Assembly: GCA_903813345.2 (NCBI GenBank)
Contig: CAIIXF020000001.1
Location: forward strand, 14,508,001-14,572,000
Length of the DNA stretch: 64,000 bases
Reading direction: 5' to 3'
From: Owenia fusiformis
Taxonomy: Eukaryota
Shown here: positions 52,758 through 64,000 of the stretch, one piece after another
Layout: the number at the start of each line of letters is the position of its first letter
Position numbering within the stretch: position 1 is the first letter of the stretch
Translations under genes and position numbers: made by a program
Notes under the pieces: model-generated
What the model saw: the letters and a program-made list of their open reading frames with translations, nothing else
Database searches by the model: none
What the model was told of the DNA's origin: nothing

Positions 52758-54396
52758 CACTGTTGCTCATAAATATGGAATATTAGATTTGGCAGCTCAG
52801 AATTCAAAGTTTTGAGTAAGAGAACATTTATTTGGAGTTGGCTCAGACATTTATTTTCTAGGCAAATCATAACCACATATTTCACCTACAAATCAACATT
52901 TTTTAGAGAAAAAATATTAACATTTAAGTTTAGAAAATTACTGTTACTTAAACAGGGGTACGCTAAGAATTTTTGCATTTTCAAAACAGCCTGATCCAAA
53001 TCATCATGTAAAACAGATCAGACAAAATAAACATCTGGTCATGAAGATTGAAGTGTCCTCTATCCAATAATAGCACAAATATGTGATATGTCCTCTTTGT
53101 GCTGCAATCAGAGCATCGACCCTACGGGACCAGCATTGAATGAAACATCTGACCTTTCAAAGTGAAATAAGGCCCCATTCCCCAATCTGGGCAGTGCGTA
53201 ATGTGTCTAAATTTTGAGATTGGGGTCCAAGTCACGAATCTCATTACCAAGGTCGTCCTACATTTGCTCTGCATTAGCCTGATTAGCTGAGTTTTGTGCC
53301 CATGGTACCTGGTCCACATTGCCTGCCCTGGTGTAATCCAACATGATGCCTCTAGCATATGCAACAGCATGATCATTCTGCAGTTGAATGTTGCCCCAAA
53401 ACACTCTGTTTACATGTGGTACTTGATGGAGGTCCAAAAGGTCAATTTACTCTGAAATTATGTTTGGGAATCACCAAGGGGGTGCAATTTCTGTAGTACT
53501 GCTCCAAACAACCTCTGTAATACTGCTCCAAACATAAAAAGGGTCGCCTTCATGGACTGCCACATCAGTAAGTGTCCTTATTGTCTCTTTCCCCTGGTCT
53601 ACGACAGAAACGAACACAATTGTCAACTTTGTGGAGGACACATCTTATTTCTTCACATGCTTTCATATGATACCAAAGATTAGGTCCAACGTTTTGGTGC
53701 TTTCCTGCCCATTGAGGGCACCTTTCTTTGTTATGATCAGTCAGCTGTGGTCTCTTTAAAGATCTCATGGCCTTGCATCCGTTATAAAGAAATCACTGGT
53801 TGTCTATAGCTCTGGAACACGGGCTTTGTGGTGAGACAGCCATTCATCTCATAGCCTACTGGTTGACTTAAAGCGATGTTGATGACATAAATGCAGCAGA
53901 TGGTGGTCTTTTCTTACATTTTTCTCTCTAGGGCTACTATTGCCATGACCTAGAGTCATATTCCAGTGCCTTTGGTACCACTGCAAAATTTTAGAGACTG
54001 TTCCTGACACACCCCTAGGGTCCTGGCAATGGCAGTTTGTTTCATGCCAGAAAGCGCCATCCCTATGACCTGCCATGCTCTTTTTTCTCTATATTCTATG
54101 GGGCATGCCTTCTAAAAACTCTTAATTAAATTTTTATAAAATGTGCACAATGATTACAACTAAGATTTGGACACCTCTTTCAAGTTACCAATATCATGAG
54201 GTCATGGGGTCACCTGAGTGAATACAAGTTTAATCAACCATAAATGTTTTAACTTTTCATACCAATCAGTTTTATATGCAAAACTGATGAGGGAATGAGA
54301 ACACAATACAAAATTTCATCAAAATGTTATCATTTTGTAGAAATTCCATCGAACAGTTCGTATCTATAAAATATTCCATATTTATGAGCAACAGTG
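52758..54396 (-). mobile_element. Full-length decayed Tc1 transposon
   Basis: TA-flanked perfect TIR cactgttgctcataaatatggaatatt. Minus-strand transposase remnants include GTVSKILQWY, KRPQLTDHNKERCPQWA, and LQNDHA..ARGIMLDY...VPWAQNS.. (corresponding to FQQDNA..H / WPAxSPDLN). Confidence 0.88.
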
Positions 54397-54511
54397 TAGG
54401 TCAATCACTTGACATACTGAAAGGTGCTCAGCTATAATAGATGAAGATCGCAATCGTTAGACGGTACTACCATTCACGCAGAACACTTATTATAAATGGA
54501 TTGAACGCAGT

Positions 54512-57500
54512 ATGGTTCGCTACGAAAAAGCCTTGCTTACGATTGGCCTAGGAAGTCTTGTCATATTCAGCCGCATAGGATCTTTGGTTTTAGTCCCGCT
54601 GTGGATTGACTCCACATCATGCAACGGAACTGTTGACAATACCTCAACGGTACCATCTTACCGACGTATAGATACCTTCTTTATCGTGGTTACGCAGGGC
54701 GTTACAAACACATTGTTATTTGGAATTTTGTTGTTATCTCTTCTTGTATTTTTCCCCAAAAAGATCACAGAGTTTGAATGGAAATATCCCAAACGTCAGT
54801 TCCTCATCCCAGGTACTGCAATTACAATATCAGCCATTCTAACTTGTGCTGCACTGAGTGGGAAAAGAACAGCTCCATATCTAATTTCCGTACTGAGCAA
54901 CTTCAATATTCCCATTACTTTTGTGATAAGGTAAGTTAAAATCTATTGAGACAAAACAGTCAGTTTAATGTTTTGCCATTTACACAAAGCCAGTCTAGTC
55001 TATCGTCTCGCGATCAGTTTATTTGCAAATACAAGTCCTGAGACTGATTGTTTTATTCCAGATTTATAATTCTAAGGAAAAGACCAACCCTCAAGAAACT
55101 GTTATGTGCTATTGTTGTATTTTTATCTGAGTTAATGTGCCTCATTCCGAGTATTTTTCCCTCCTTGGAGACAAGTAGCCAGCACCAACAAGATGGAGGG
55201 GCACAGGGAGTAGCAGGTGTGTTGTGGCCTCTCTGCTTCATTTCATCAATGGTAAGATTTGACTGACCGAGTGTCCCAAAAATGTGCCCAAATGAAAAGA
55301 GGTACTTTTTTCCTTCATCGAAAAAGATACAGGATAAAAACAATTCATCCTCAAATTAGCAGTTAAAATGTATCGAAAATTGCCAGTTACTCAGAAATAT
55401 GACATTTTAGATGACATGCTCTAAATGACCTCCATCACGATTGAATGAATACTGAATTCTAAACTTGGAAATGGGTCATGGTGCAAGACAACCTTTTCTA
55501 ATAACTAGTAACTTAGAATTATCTGGTGAAACCACAGGGGCTTGTCTGGAGGGTCGGGCAAGCCCTCCGATATGTTTTTACTGATCTAACCAATACACAC
55601 TCATCGGAGGGCTTGTCCGACACTCCAGCCAAGCCCCTGTGGGTGAAACGTTTAGATGTTAATGATAGTTAAATTGTCAAAATTGACTAAATTGACTAAA
55701 TATTCCTTCATCACTTACTAGTATTCCATGTTTGTCTTGGTACAATTTTGGACATCCTGTCTTCATCTCCCAATATTTTTTATCGTAACAATGCAATGTA
55801 TTATGGGTGAACTTGGTGATTGGGTGACATCGTCTTTCTTTTCTTCATATTTCTAGAAAAAAGGAATCGACACTTTCAGGGATGTTTTAGTTTTGGTTTC
55901 TAGAACAGATCATGTTTAGGTTTTAGCGCGATGGGCAGATTTTAAGGCGGCCATTTTATAAGCCTATATTCCTATGTCGTGTCATTTCGACATTTAATGT
56001 TATACTCTTTTACAAGATGACCTTGCGTGGCGAGAAAACTGTTAAATCTGATTATTAAAAGTTTGGCGAAAACATTTAAGATTACTTTCTCGACACAGCC
56101 CATTCTTTGCTAGGAAATGTGACATGGCAAAATGTATTAGTGTAATATATAATTAAGCAAAGGCTTTGAAAAAAACATATTGTTAGAATTTTTGCTGGTC
56201 ATATAGGTCTTTCTTGTGCAAAAATGAGAGAATATGATGTTGCATTGTAGCAGTCATGGCAAGTGAAAATTTTGTGCAAGATCGATATTCGAAAAACTGC
56301 TAAAATACACGGTGGGCCGAACAAATGTTACTTATCTAGTATACAATCAGAATTAGGGTAACAATTTTAGCCCATTCCACTGGTGATCCGTTCGATTATG
56401 CTGGTTCCCGAAACGGTTCATTTTGGTAACAAAATGTCGGAACGTCGAAGGTACGATTTTTCTCACAAACGTATATCAGTATCATATGTTTTAGAAAATG
56501 TACATGTTTGCGAAAAATAGCTCAGAAGACGGAATCGTCGATTTAATTCCTCACTTAAGTTACATAAACGGTTTGGGTTAAAAGTGCAGATCTTAATTAA
56601 CTGTTTTTCGAAAAACCGTTTATGTACAGGGTGTCCCAGAACTCATGAGAATTTTTTGAGGGAGCTATAAGGCATGAATGATTTTCCTTCAAATTAAGTG
56701 CACTTAAAGGGACCCAACACCATGGTCACATGATCAGTCGTGTGGAGGTAAGCTCCCAGTTGAAATAAAAGCACTGTCCTCCTTTGGTTTCTGTGAAAAG
56801 TAGCTAATACCCTCATGTATTGGTCAGTTTGTGTGTCACACGACTAATCCATACCATATGCTTCATTCAACATATTTTATGCTATTGAGCTGCATATATA
56901 AACAGTACTTTGCAACTAAGGTCATACAGTATACTTACCCCTTGCAAATTGTAATTTATTGAATTCACAGTAAACCCATCAATTTTTAAGAAAACAAAGA
57001 ATATTGTTCTCATGGATCTATTATTTATGTTAGACTAACTATGAAAATATAAATATGAAATAATATGTTAGCTTGAAGTCATATATAAGATGAAAATATA
57101 TGTTCATGCATTTGCATTTTTCCAAAGGGAATATTCCCATGTAAGTAAATACAGGTGCAATATATAATTTATATGTATATCTATGTCATCTGTCTATACA
57201 TGCGCGTATAGCCTAGTGTTACATGTGAACAAGATCGTTCTGGAAAGAAATGAGCGTGGCAGATTTGCTAAAAAGCCACATACACCACAAAAGCAAGACC
57301 AATTTGAAAGTAAGTTCATTATTATTCTCAAGGGTACACTTCAAGTGAAAGCTACATTGCTACAGGGTGGCCTATCATTCTGAGACAAATGTATTATCCA
57401 ACGATTGTGATTTTCACAGCTAAAATATGATATCTTGAGCAGATGGAAATACATTCCCATGAGATATGTATATATAGTCAAAAGTTATAACTATTTATTG

Positions 57501-60500
57501 AGTGTAATGAAATGTATCCTTCGCTAACTGCTTTTGTTTGAGATAGTTATCATGAAATATTTTTAAATTAATTTTTATGTGTGTCATTGATCCTAATCCA
57601 CACTGTAGTCTGGTGTTTGTAGAGCATTGCGACTCGTACAACTTATTCTCACAAATATCAAACCTCATTTACTAATTAATTTTTTGTGTGAACATGAAGA
57701 GTCCAAGCATTGCTTTTTTATGTTTATTGTATAGCTATATTTAGCCTTGATATCCATGATTTTTCAAAAGAAAAAAATTGAAATTCTAAGACGGTGAAAA
57801 ATCATTAAAAAATACACAGATTCAGAATCCGGCAAGCATTTTCCCTTATTCCTCTCCGTTAAGAAGTTTTGTAAGGTGTTGGATCCCTTTAATAAACAAA
57901 CATTGAGGAATAACTGACATGAATTTCAGGCACATATCTTTTATATTTCTGAATTTATTGACATTTGAATTCTACATCGCCACAAACCCTGGAGTAGTCA
58001 GAGAAATACAACAATTTACGTCACATTTTGATAATATTTATACAACTTCTCTACTATAATAGCATTGTTTTCATTGAATTATTTTAGCGTTTCAGTACAT
58101 TAGTTAATAGGATCATACACATTCAGCTAACGTATCTCTACAGAGTTATTATAGCATATTATCTGCAGTTGATGTCGTCTTTTCAGCTTCTCTTTATACA
58201 CATTCCCAAATCCCCCAATAGCCATTTCTGTAGGGTGCTCTGAAACAACATGACTCAATTCTTCCTCTGTTTCAGTGACATGGCTCACTAATCTTTGTTT
58301 AAGGTCCCCAAATAAATCAAAAGTCCAGTAGAGCAAAATCTGGCAAGTATATGGAGCTACTATGTACTGTGAAGTCTCAATAGAAAGTAAAGTGGATGCC
58401 TTACTGACATGCATGCAGTGACTTATTGACTGGTGCATTGTCAATATGCAAGATCATATTGGCTAGCAAATGGGGACATTTCTTTCAGTCCCTCAGGAAC
58501 ATGTCATTATGATTTTTTAGCAAACCAATTGTACAATCTGTTGATGTATTGGTCTCTATCAAAGTTTATATATTGTTTTATCAAAGTGCATCATCAATAT
58601 GAGAAAAATGCTGTACTAAGCTTATACAAAAAACATTGGTTTTATAGTTGAGAATTTGTATAAAATTGACAAAATGTGACATAAACTGTTGTATTTTCCC
58701 GATAACTCCGGGGTTTGTGGCGATGTAGAAATTTCAGTAAATTCGAAAATATAAAAGATATGTGCCTGAAATTCATGTCAGTTATTCCCCAAAGTGTGTT
58801 TAATAAGTGTACCAAATTTGAAGAAAAATCACCCATGCCTTATATCTCCCTCAAAAAATTCTCATGAGTTCTGGGACACCCTGTAACTTAAGTGAGGAAT
58901 TAAATCGACGATTCTGTCGTCTTCTGAACTATTTGTTCGCAAATATGTGAAACATATTTGTAAAACATTGCTGAAACATGTGATTCTGATACACGTTTCT
59001 GTTAAAAATGTCGTGGGAATTCTGCCTCCAACTTGTGAAATAAGGAAAAAAGAAAAATCGTAGCTTCGATGTTCCGACATTTTGTTACCAAAACGAACCG
59101 TTTCGGTAACCAGCGTAATCGAGTGGATAACCACTGCACTGTATAGCTCTCTGAATAGTGGGAAATTAAACATATTGTATTATTGTATATTACATTACAT
59201 GTACTAATATTATGATTCTCAAACACACTTAATCATTTCAGATTCCATTTGGATTAACAAACACATTCAATGAGAGAAGTGTTCAAAAGTCAGCTGGGAA
59301 CACCTCTGAAGCTAAGAGATTGAACATAATATTTTTTCTCTTTGGGTATAGTTTATCTCAGTTGATTGCAGCTGTAGTGCTATTTTGGGTAGATATTATC
59401 CCAGGCTTTGGCAATGCGTCTGGCATTTCCGATCTGTTTCAAACGTAAGTCATATATTACAGGATTTCATTTTCATTTTAATGTAGCTAATATTCAATTG
59501 ATGTATGAATAATATTATAAAACACAATAGATAACGGTATTTCAGTAAATAATTTTACATATAGACTCTTTATCCAATGATTATGCCAATGTTTCTTTGC
59601 CTTTCTCATCTCATATTTTGTTTCTACCATAAGAACCATTTTTACCATTTTTCGTGCAGATGGTGGTTTAATGCTCAGTGTAGTATTGGGTTGGCAGGAT
59701 GTAGTGCAACACAAGCTTCCTATTTTTCTGGAATGGTGTGGTGTAATATCATTGCAGATATCGGGATTAATCTGTTCCTACGCTTTACAGAAGGGGCAAA
59801 TTATCTTGTCATGCTTTTAGTGAGTAAATTTTTACACCCCAACAAATTAGTAAAGTTAAAATCTAACAGTGCAGATCTAGAATATGAGGATCAAAACATA
59901 CAAGGATACGCATAAGGAAAATTGGAATCATAAATCAGCTTTGTTCCATTAATCTTATTCCTATTCATACCCCATGTCGCTTTTTAACGACTGACGATTA
60001 GAAAACTTTTAAGGGGGGATATTAAAAAAACACGCAGAGTGCAAATAATATATAAGCACAAGTGCCAAAGGGAAAGAACCAAAAGTTGTAATGGAACTTA
60101 GCAAGAAAAAGCAAACTCTAAGTGCATACCAGTCAAGAAAAACAAACCACATATAGCCAAAAACCATGATCTAACGTGAAAAGAAACAATGTCTAATACC
60201 CCCTTTCCCCCACCATTCATGAACCAATATCACAATCCAAGACCAGAAGACCAAGGGACATTTCATTCATACTGAAGTCATTACAATATATGTTGAAGAA
60301 AAAATTAGAAATAGATAGCCAATACTCATAACCTCAAAAATAGTTGTAGATACAAGTATTCATACAAGATAGAGCATTCAGTCTCAAATGATGTGGGATA
60401 GATATTAAAATCCAGTCTCCAAGTCCATAGGCGTTTCAAAGGGTCAACATCCATTCACAAAAGCCGTCGCCATAATCCATAAAACACAATAATGCATGAT

Positions 60501-63500
60501 GGTCATCAGGAGAAAACTATGGCTGGTTTCGATCCCTATTTGTCAACCATTAATGCCATAGCCGGGATCCACCTCAAAAGATGCCAAGGTGCCATATATA
60601 TAGATGGACTAAATTTTCCGAACAAATTCCAATGTTGTGAAATCATCCTGTAAAATAAGTTCACCAATAAAATGTGATATGTAGTAACTAAAGTAATAAT
60701 TGTGATGAAAATTAAAGTACATATGCTATACATTAATTGCAGTATAGTAAACACTATTCCTCAACTTGAAGACATTGCATAAATGTTTGCGCGAATATAG
60801 TTCACTGCAACATACCTTGAGACTATTTCTTCAGACTGGGAGGCATCTCTGAAGATTTGAAATCAATTCGTGAATGTAAACTTATTAAAAGAGTAGTGTA
60901 CATCTCTTTTATTGATTAGGTCAATGTGTATATATAATAATGCCTCATTTGAAAGAACACTTTCATAATATGTTTTTGTTCTATTTTAGACAATACGAAC
61001 CCCACTTCTCTTTCTATTCTGGACCTTGTTTAGGGAATGTCCCTTCTATTGGGATCCTCATGCTAATCTTAGTACTTACTTGAGTATTGGTGCGATCGCT
61101 CTCATGCTTCCAGCCATGTATATTTACAATACTGGGTAAGTAAATGTAATGTGAAATGCAAATCGAAATTTTAGCTCATATTCATGTCATATGCAGATAT
61201 ATTGTTGATTTTGTTCATTAGCAGAGATCTTAAACTAGTAAATAAAGCAAATAAAACAATTTTTAAATGTGAATACTATTATTTCTTCTATTCCCGGGAA
61301 ATATGGTGTTTAACGTGGATATTGGGTTTATAGACTTTTAAACATGGCAACAAAATAAGGACTCGTTCGGCTTTCGGAAGAATAAGAAGGTAGTCCCAAA
61401 AAACAGAACCAAAAAACTTTGAATAATTTGGGGTCATCCTGTACTTGATCGTCGATTTCAAAGTTCAGAATGAATTTTCCACGAGATTCTCAAAACGTTT
61501 TAAATGCAATGCAAGGCGACTGATTGCCATGAAAACTTGAAGATTTGATTTGAGAGATTATCCGATAAGTCTGGTAACCACACAAAAATATCAGGGTTGG
61601 CCTGGGTGGTCTATTAGGAAAATCATCCTCTGATAACATATGGCGTTAAATTTAAAGTCATAGCGTTCTTAAAGCTAAAGTTATATAGTACCAGTGGTCC
61701 TAAATAATAAAATAATGTAACAAGTCCTTCAACTTGGATTGTATTTGATCTAAAAGAGGAGTTCAAGTGGTCCTCCAACCTCTTTGAAGATAGCCTTAAA
61801 GTCCCCATATAAAGTTTAAACCACTTTGGCTTATATTGTTATCTTACCTTATCAAAGTGTGATATGTGAAACTTTTTTTAAATTTCAAAAAGTGGTTTTT
61901 GATAGACCTTTTGTTTCAAAATTTGTGAATTTATTTAAAACTAACTTTTAGAGGTCACTCTTTTAATTAGCCACAATTCATACCAATGCATAGCATTCAT
62001 CATCGCATGTTTTTTGCCGAAAAGATTAAGAAAATCGGTTCATAAATAAGCGAGAAATGAACTCATCTGTGCATGAAAATGGTTCCGAGAAAAATGCATT
62101 TCAAAATTTTAGTTCTCATAGAAACCAATGGTACATTACACGTCGCACGAAACTGGGGACAATTAGCGTAACATTATGGCGTCAAAAAACCAAAACAAAA
62201 CAATGAGCAGTATAGGGCGCAAACAGCCTTACAACGTCAAAAACGACAAGCGTCACATTTTTTACAAGTTTACTCAACCTAAAAATAAAATACTTTATCC
62301 TTATCTAATCTTTACAAAATTCACAGGGTAGCAAGATCTCGAGGACAATATTTCTAAAATGTTTTTGAATTTTGAAAAACGGTCAAGAAATCCATTTGGG
62401 GCGTTAGTAAATATTGATATGTATGGAATTTGTGGTACAAAATCGATGCGTCACATTTTTTCAAGTCTCGAAAACCAGCTCTTATTTTAATATTATTTGC
62501 AAAATAGACAAACTGGTTATTGTTTTGTAAATTTCGCCATGACAATATTGTGCAGTTAATTTTTCTTTCAAATCAGACCTAAAGAAGGTTAAATGAAGGT
62601 AAACTTATTGCTCGTCCCATTCGCCTTCAAAACCTTACACAATTTCTAAATTTTTAAAAGCGTTCGTTTTAAGATAATTTGAACTGTAGCCGTCAATCAA
62701 TTGTGACGTCATAAATGCACATGTTCGATTGAATAAAATGTGAAATTTTAGTGCGATTTTGATCATTATTTCAAAAGTTATCCCAATTTCAATGATTTCA
62801 ATTTCAATTTTTAATGATATCTAAAACATATTCTTCCTTTTAACCTGGTTAGACAATCAACATTGGTTTATTATTGAAGTTTTTGCCACCTTAGTGACAT
62901 CACTAATGTTGTAAAATATTTTTGATATGCTAAAACATTGAATTTGCCCATTAAATATGGCATTTTATTATTGAAATAGTGTGTCCTTTGTTCAGTCTTT
63001 GCATTGGTGTTAAAAAGATAATCTTTTTTGAAATGCATCAAGAAATATTTGATGATTAAAAAATTTCAACTTTTTTTGAAAAATGACGGGAAATTTGAAT
63101 TTTTGAGAAATGAAATGGTCACAACTTTATTTCAAAAATTTTTTTTTCAAAAATCTCTAAAATAACTTTTTGAGTCGTGACAAATAGTAAATGAATAATA
63201 ATGCTGATATAGCAGTATCAATGAAATATTGACTGAGTTTCTTTCAACCTGTCTTAATTGCCAGCTTTAGTTGAGCAATCTTTGAGATTGGGTGACTTTA
63301 TACCATCTCCTGGAGACCTTCCCGTACCCAATATTCACTGGGGTTTTCATCAGGACTATTAGCTCGGTGGTCATCAGGCTGTATGAGTTCAGGTACATTA
63401 TGGAAATTCTGTTCGTTTCTCATGGCACACCACATGTTTAAGTGAGACGATGGTGATATATTTTATTGAAGTAAAAGTGTACAATTCATAATCCACGGCT

Positions 63501-64000
63501 AGATTGCATCTTCAAGTTTCATTTGGTATGCAACTTATGATTTTGGATCGAAAATTAAAAAAATTATAGCATTTTGTTTTAAAAAGTGGCTTTTTAGCCC
63601 ACCGTGTAATTAAGCAATCTGAATAAAATGTTCATTTTTTGATTGCAATTCTACTTCCTACACCCCACCCCCTCCCCACAAAAGAGGGATCTGATAAAAT
63701 AGAAGGGTATGCAGTTGTAAACAAAAAGCTGACCATCTTTTTAAACATTGGTCAATGAACTTTACACATAGAGGTTTAAACATGATGGAATCAAATTCTG
63801 GCAAAAAATCACAAAAACAGAGGTCTCTATAGGATGAGAGTACCATATATGTATCTTACATTTGTATCATGTATGTTTCATATGTGTTTTTCAGGGACCC
63901 AGAGCATATGAAAACATCATCGGAGACAGATGCAAGAAAACCATTATTAGCCAATGACAAAACCTGCGACAGATATGGAAGCAATGTTCACGATATACAA
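54512..64000 (+). CDS. CRT-like transporter, paralogue B, 6 coding exons (stop codon expected immediately beyond the window)
   Basis: Exons 54512-54930, 55062-55251, 59242-59444, 59660-59819, 60990-61135 and 63895-64000. Same phases and internal exon lengths (190/203/160/146) as paralogue A. Open frame ending ...YGSNVHDIQ. Confidence 0.85.
55531..55642. repeat. GC-rich hairpin / tiny MITE
   Basis: ccacaggggcttgtctggagggtcgggcaagccctccgat pairs with atcggagggcttgtccgacactccagccaagcccctgtgg. Confidence 0.7.
56627..58883. mobile_element. Mariner-derived element with long TIRs, nested in the MITE
   Basis: TA-flanked cagggtgtcccagaactcatgagaatttttt / aaaaaattctcatgagttctgggacaccctg. Minus-strand remnant APY..ILLYWTFDLFGDLKQRL resembles PYSPDLAPxDFxLFxxLK. 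Confidence 0.85.
56708..57888 (+). mobile_element. Kolobok-like element nested in the mariner's left arm
   Basis: TIR agggacccaacacc / ggtgttggatccct with TTAA on both sides (56704-56707, 57889-57892). The mariner arm resumes after it. Confidence 0.8.
60373..60613. repeat. Diverged interspersed repeat, copy 2 (see 1368-1571)
   Basis: Shared collinear blocks with 1368-1571. Confidence 0.6.
62140..62790 (-). repeat. Interspersed DNA-element fragment, inverted homologue of 47140-47790
   Basis: Collinear reverse-complement similarity over ~650 bp. Confidence 0.8.

Larger units (their letters stand above)
56377..59137. mobile_element. Mutator-like MITE (same family as 39427-39825) expanded by nested insertions
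   Basis: Ends ccactggtgatccgttcgattatgctgg / ccagcgtaatcgagtggataaccactgc. TSD not recognisable. Confidence 0.8.

Noticed and set aside
60480-60575. Possible hammerhead or HDV ribozyme (minus-strand CTGATGA and GAAA)
   Set aside because: Core elements are not arranged with the required stems and are not conserved in the second copy at 1368-1571.

Overview
AT-rich, repeat-dense eukaryotic genomic DNA with spliceosomal introns. An invertebrate animal, probably a lophotrochozoan such as a mollusc, is inferred from gene and transposon content. Host genes: (1) an intronless class-A GPCR (7624-9048, +); (2) two tandem six-exon paralogues of a CRT-like (chloroquine-resistance-transporter-like, DMT fold) membrane transporter (38945-44467 and 54512->64000, +), both with open reading frames across hand-checked splice junctions. 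Between them, a ~4.1-kb element with imperfect terminal inverted repeats (TIRs) and a TATAT target-site duplication (TSD) (48610-52684) carries a spliced OTU cysteine-protease (deubiquitinase-type) domain on the minus strand. Its catalytic motifs are intact (GDGSCMFRA ... GHYDLL), and the ORF track does not show the domain whole. The rest is Tc1/mariner, Kolobok-, Mutator-, Harbinger-, Crypton- and Helentron-like non-autonomous elements (several nested), LINE remnants, and a 142-bp higher-order minisatellite. All family assignments come from motif recognition by eye; no database search was run.
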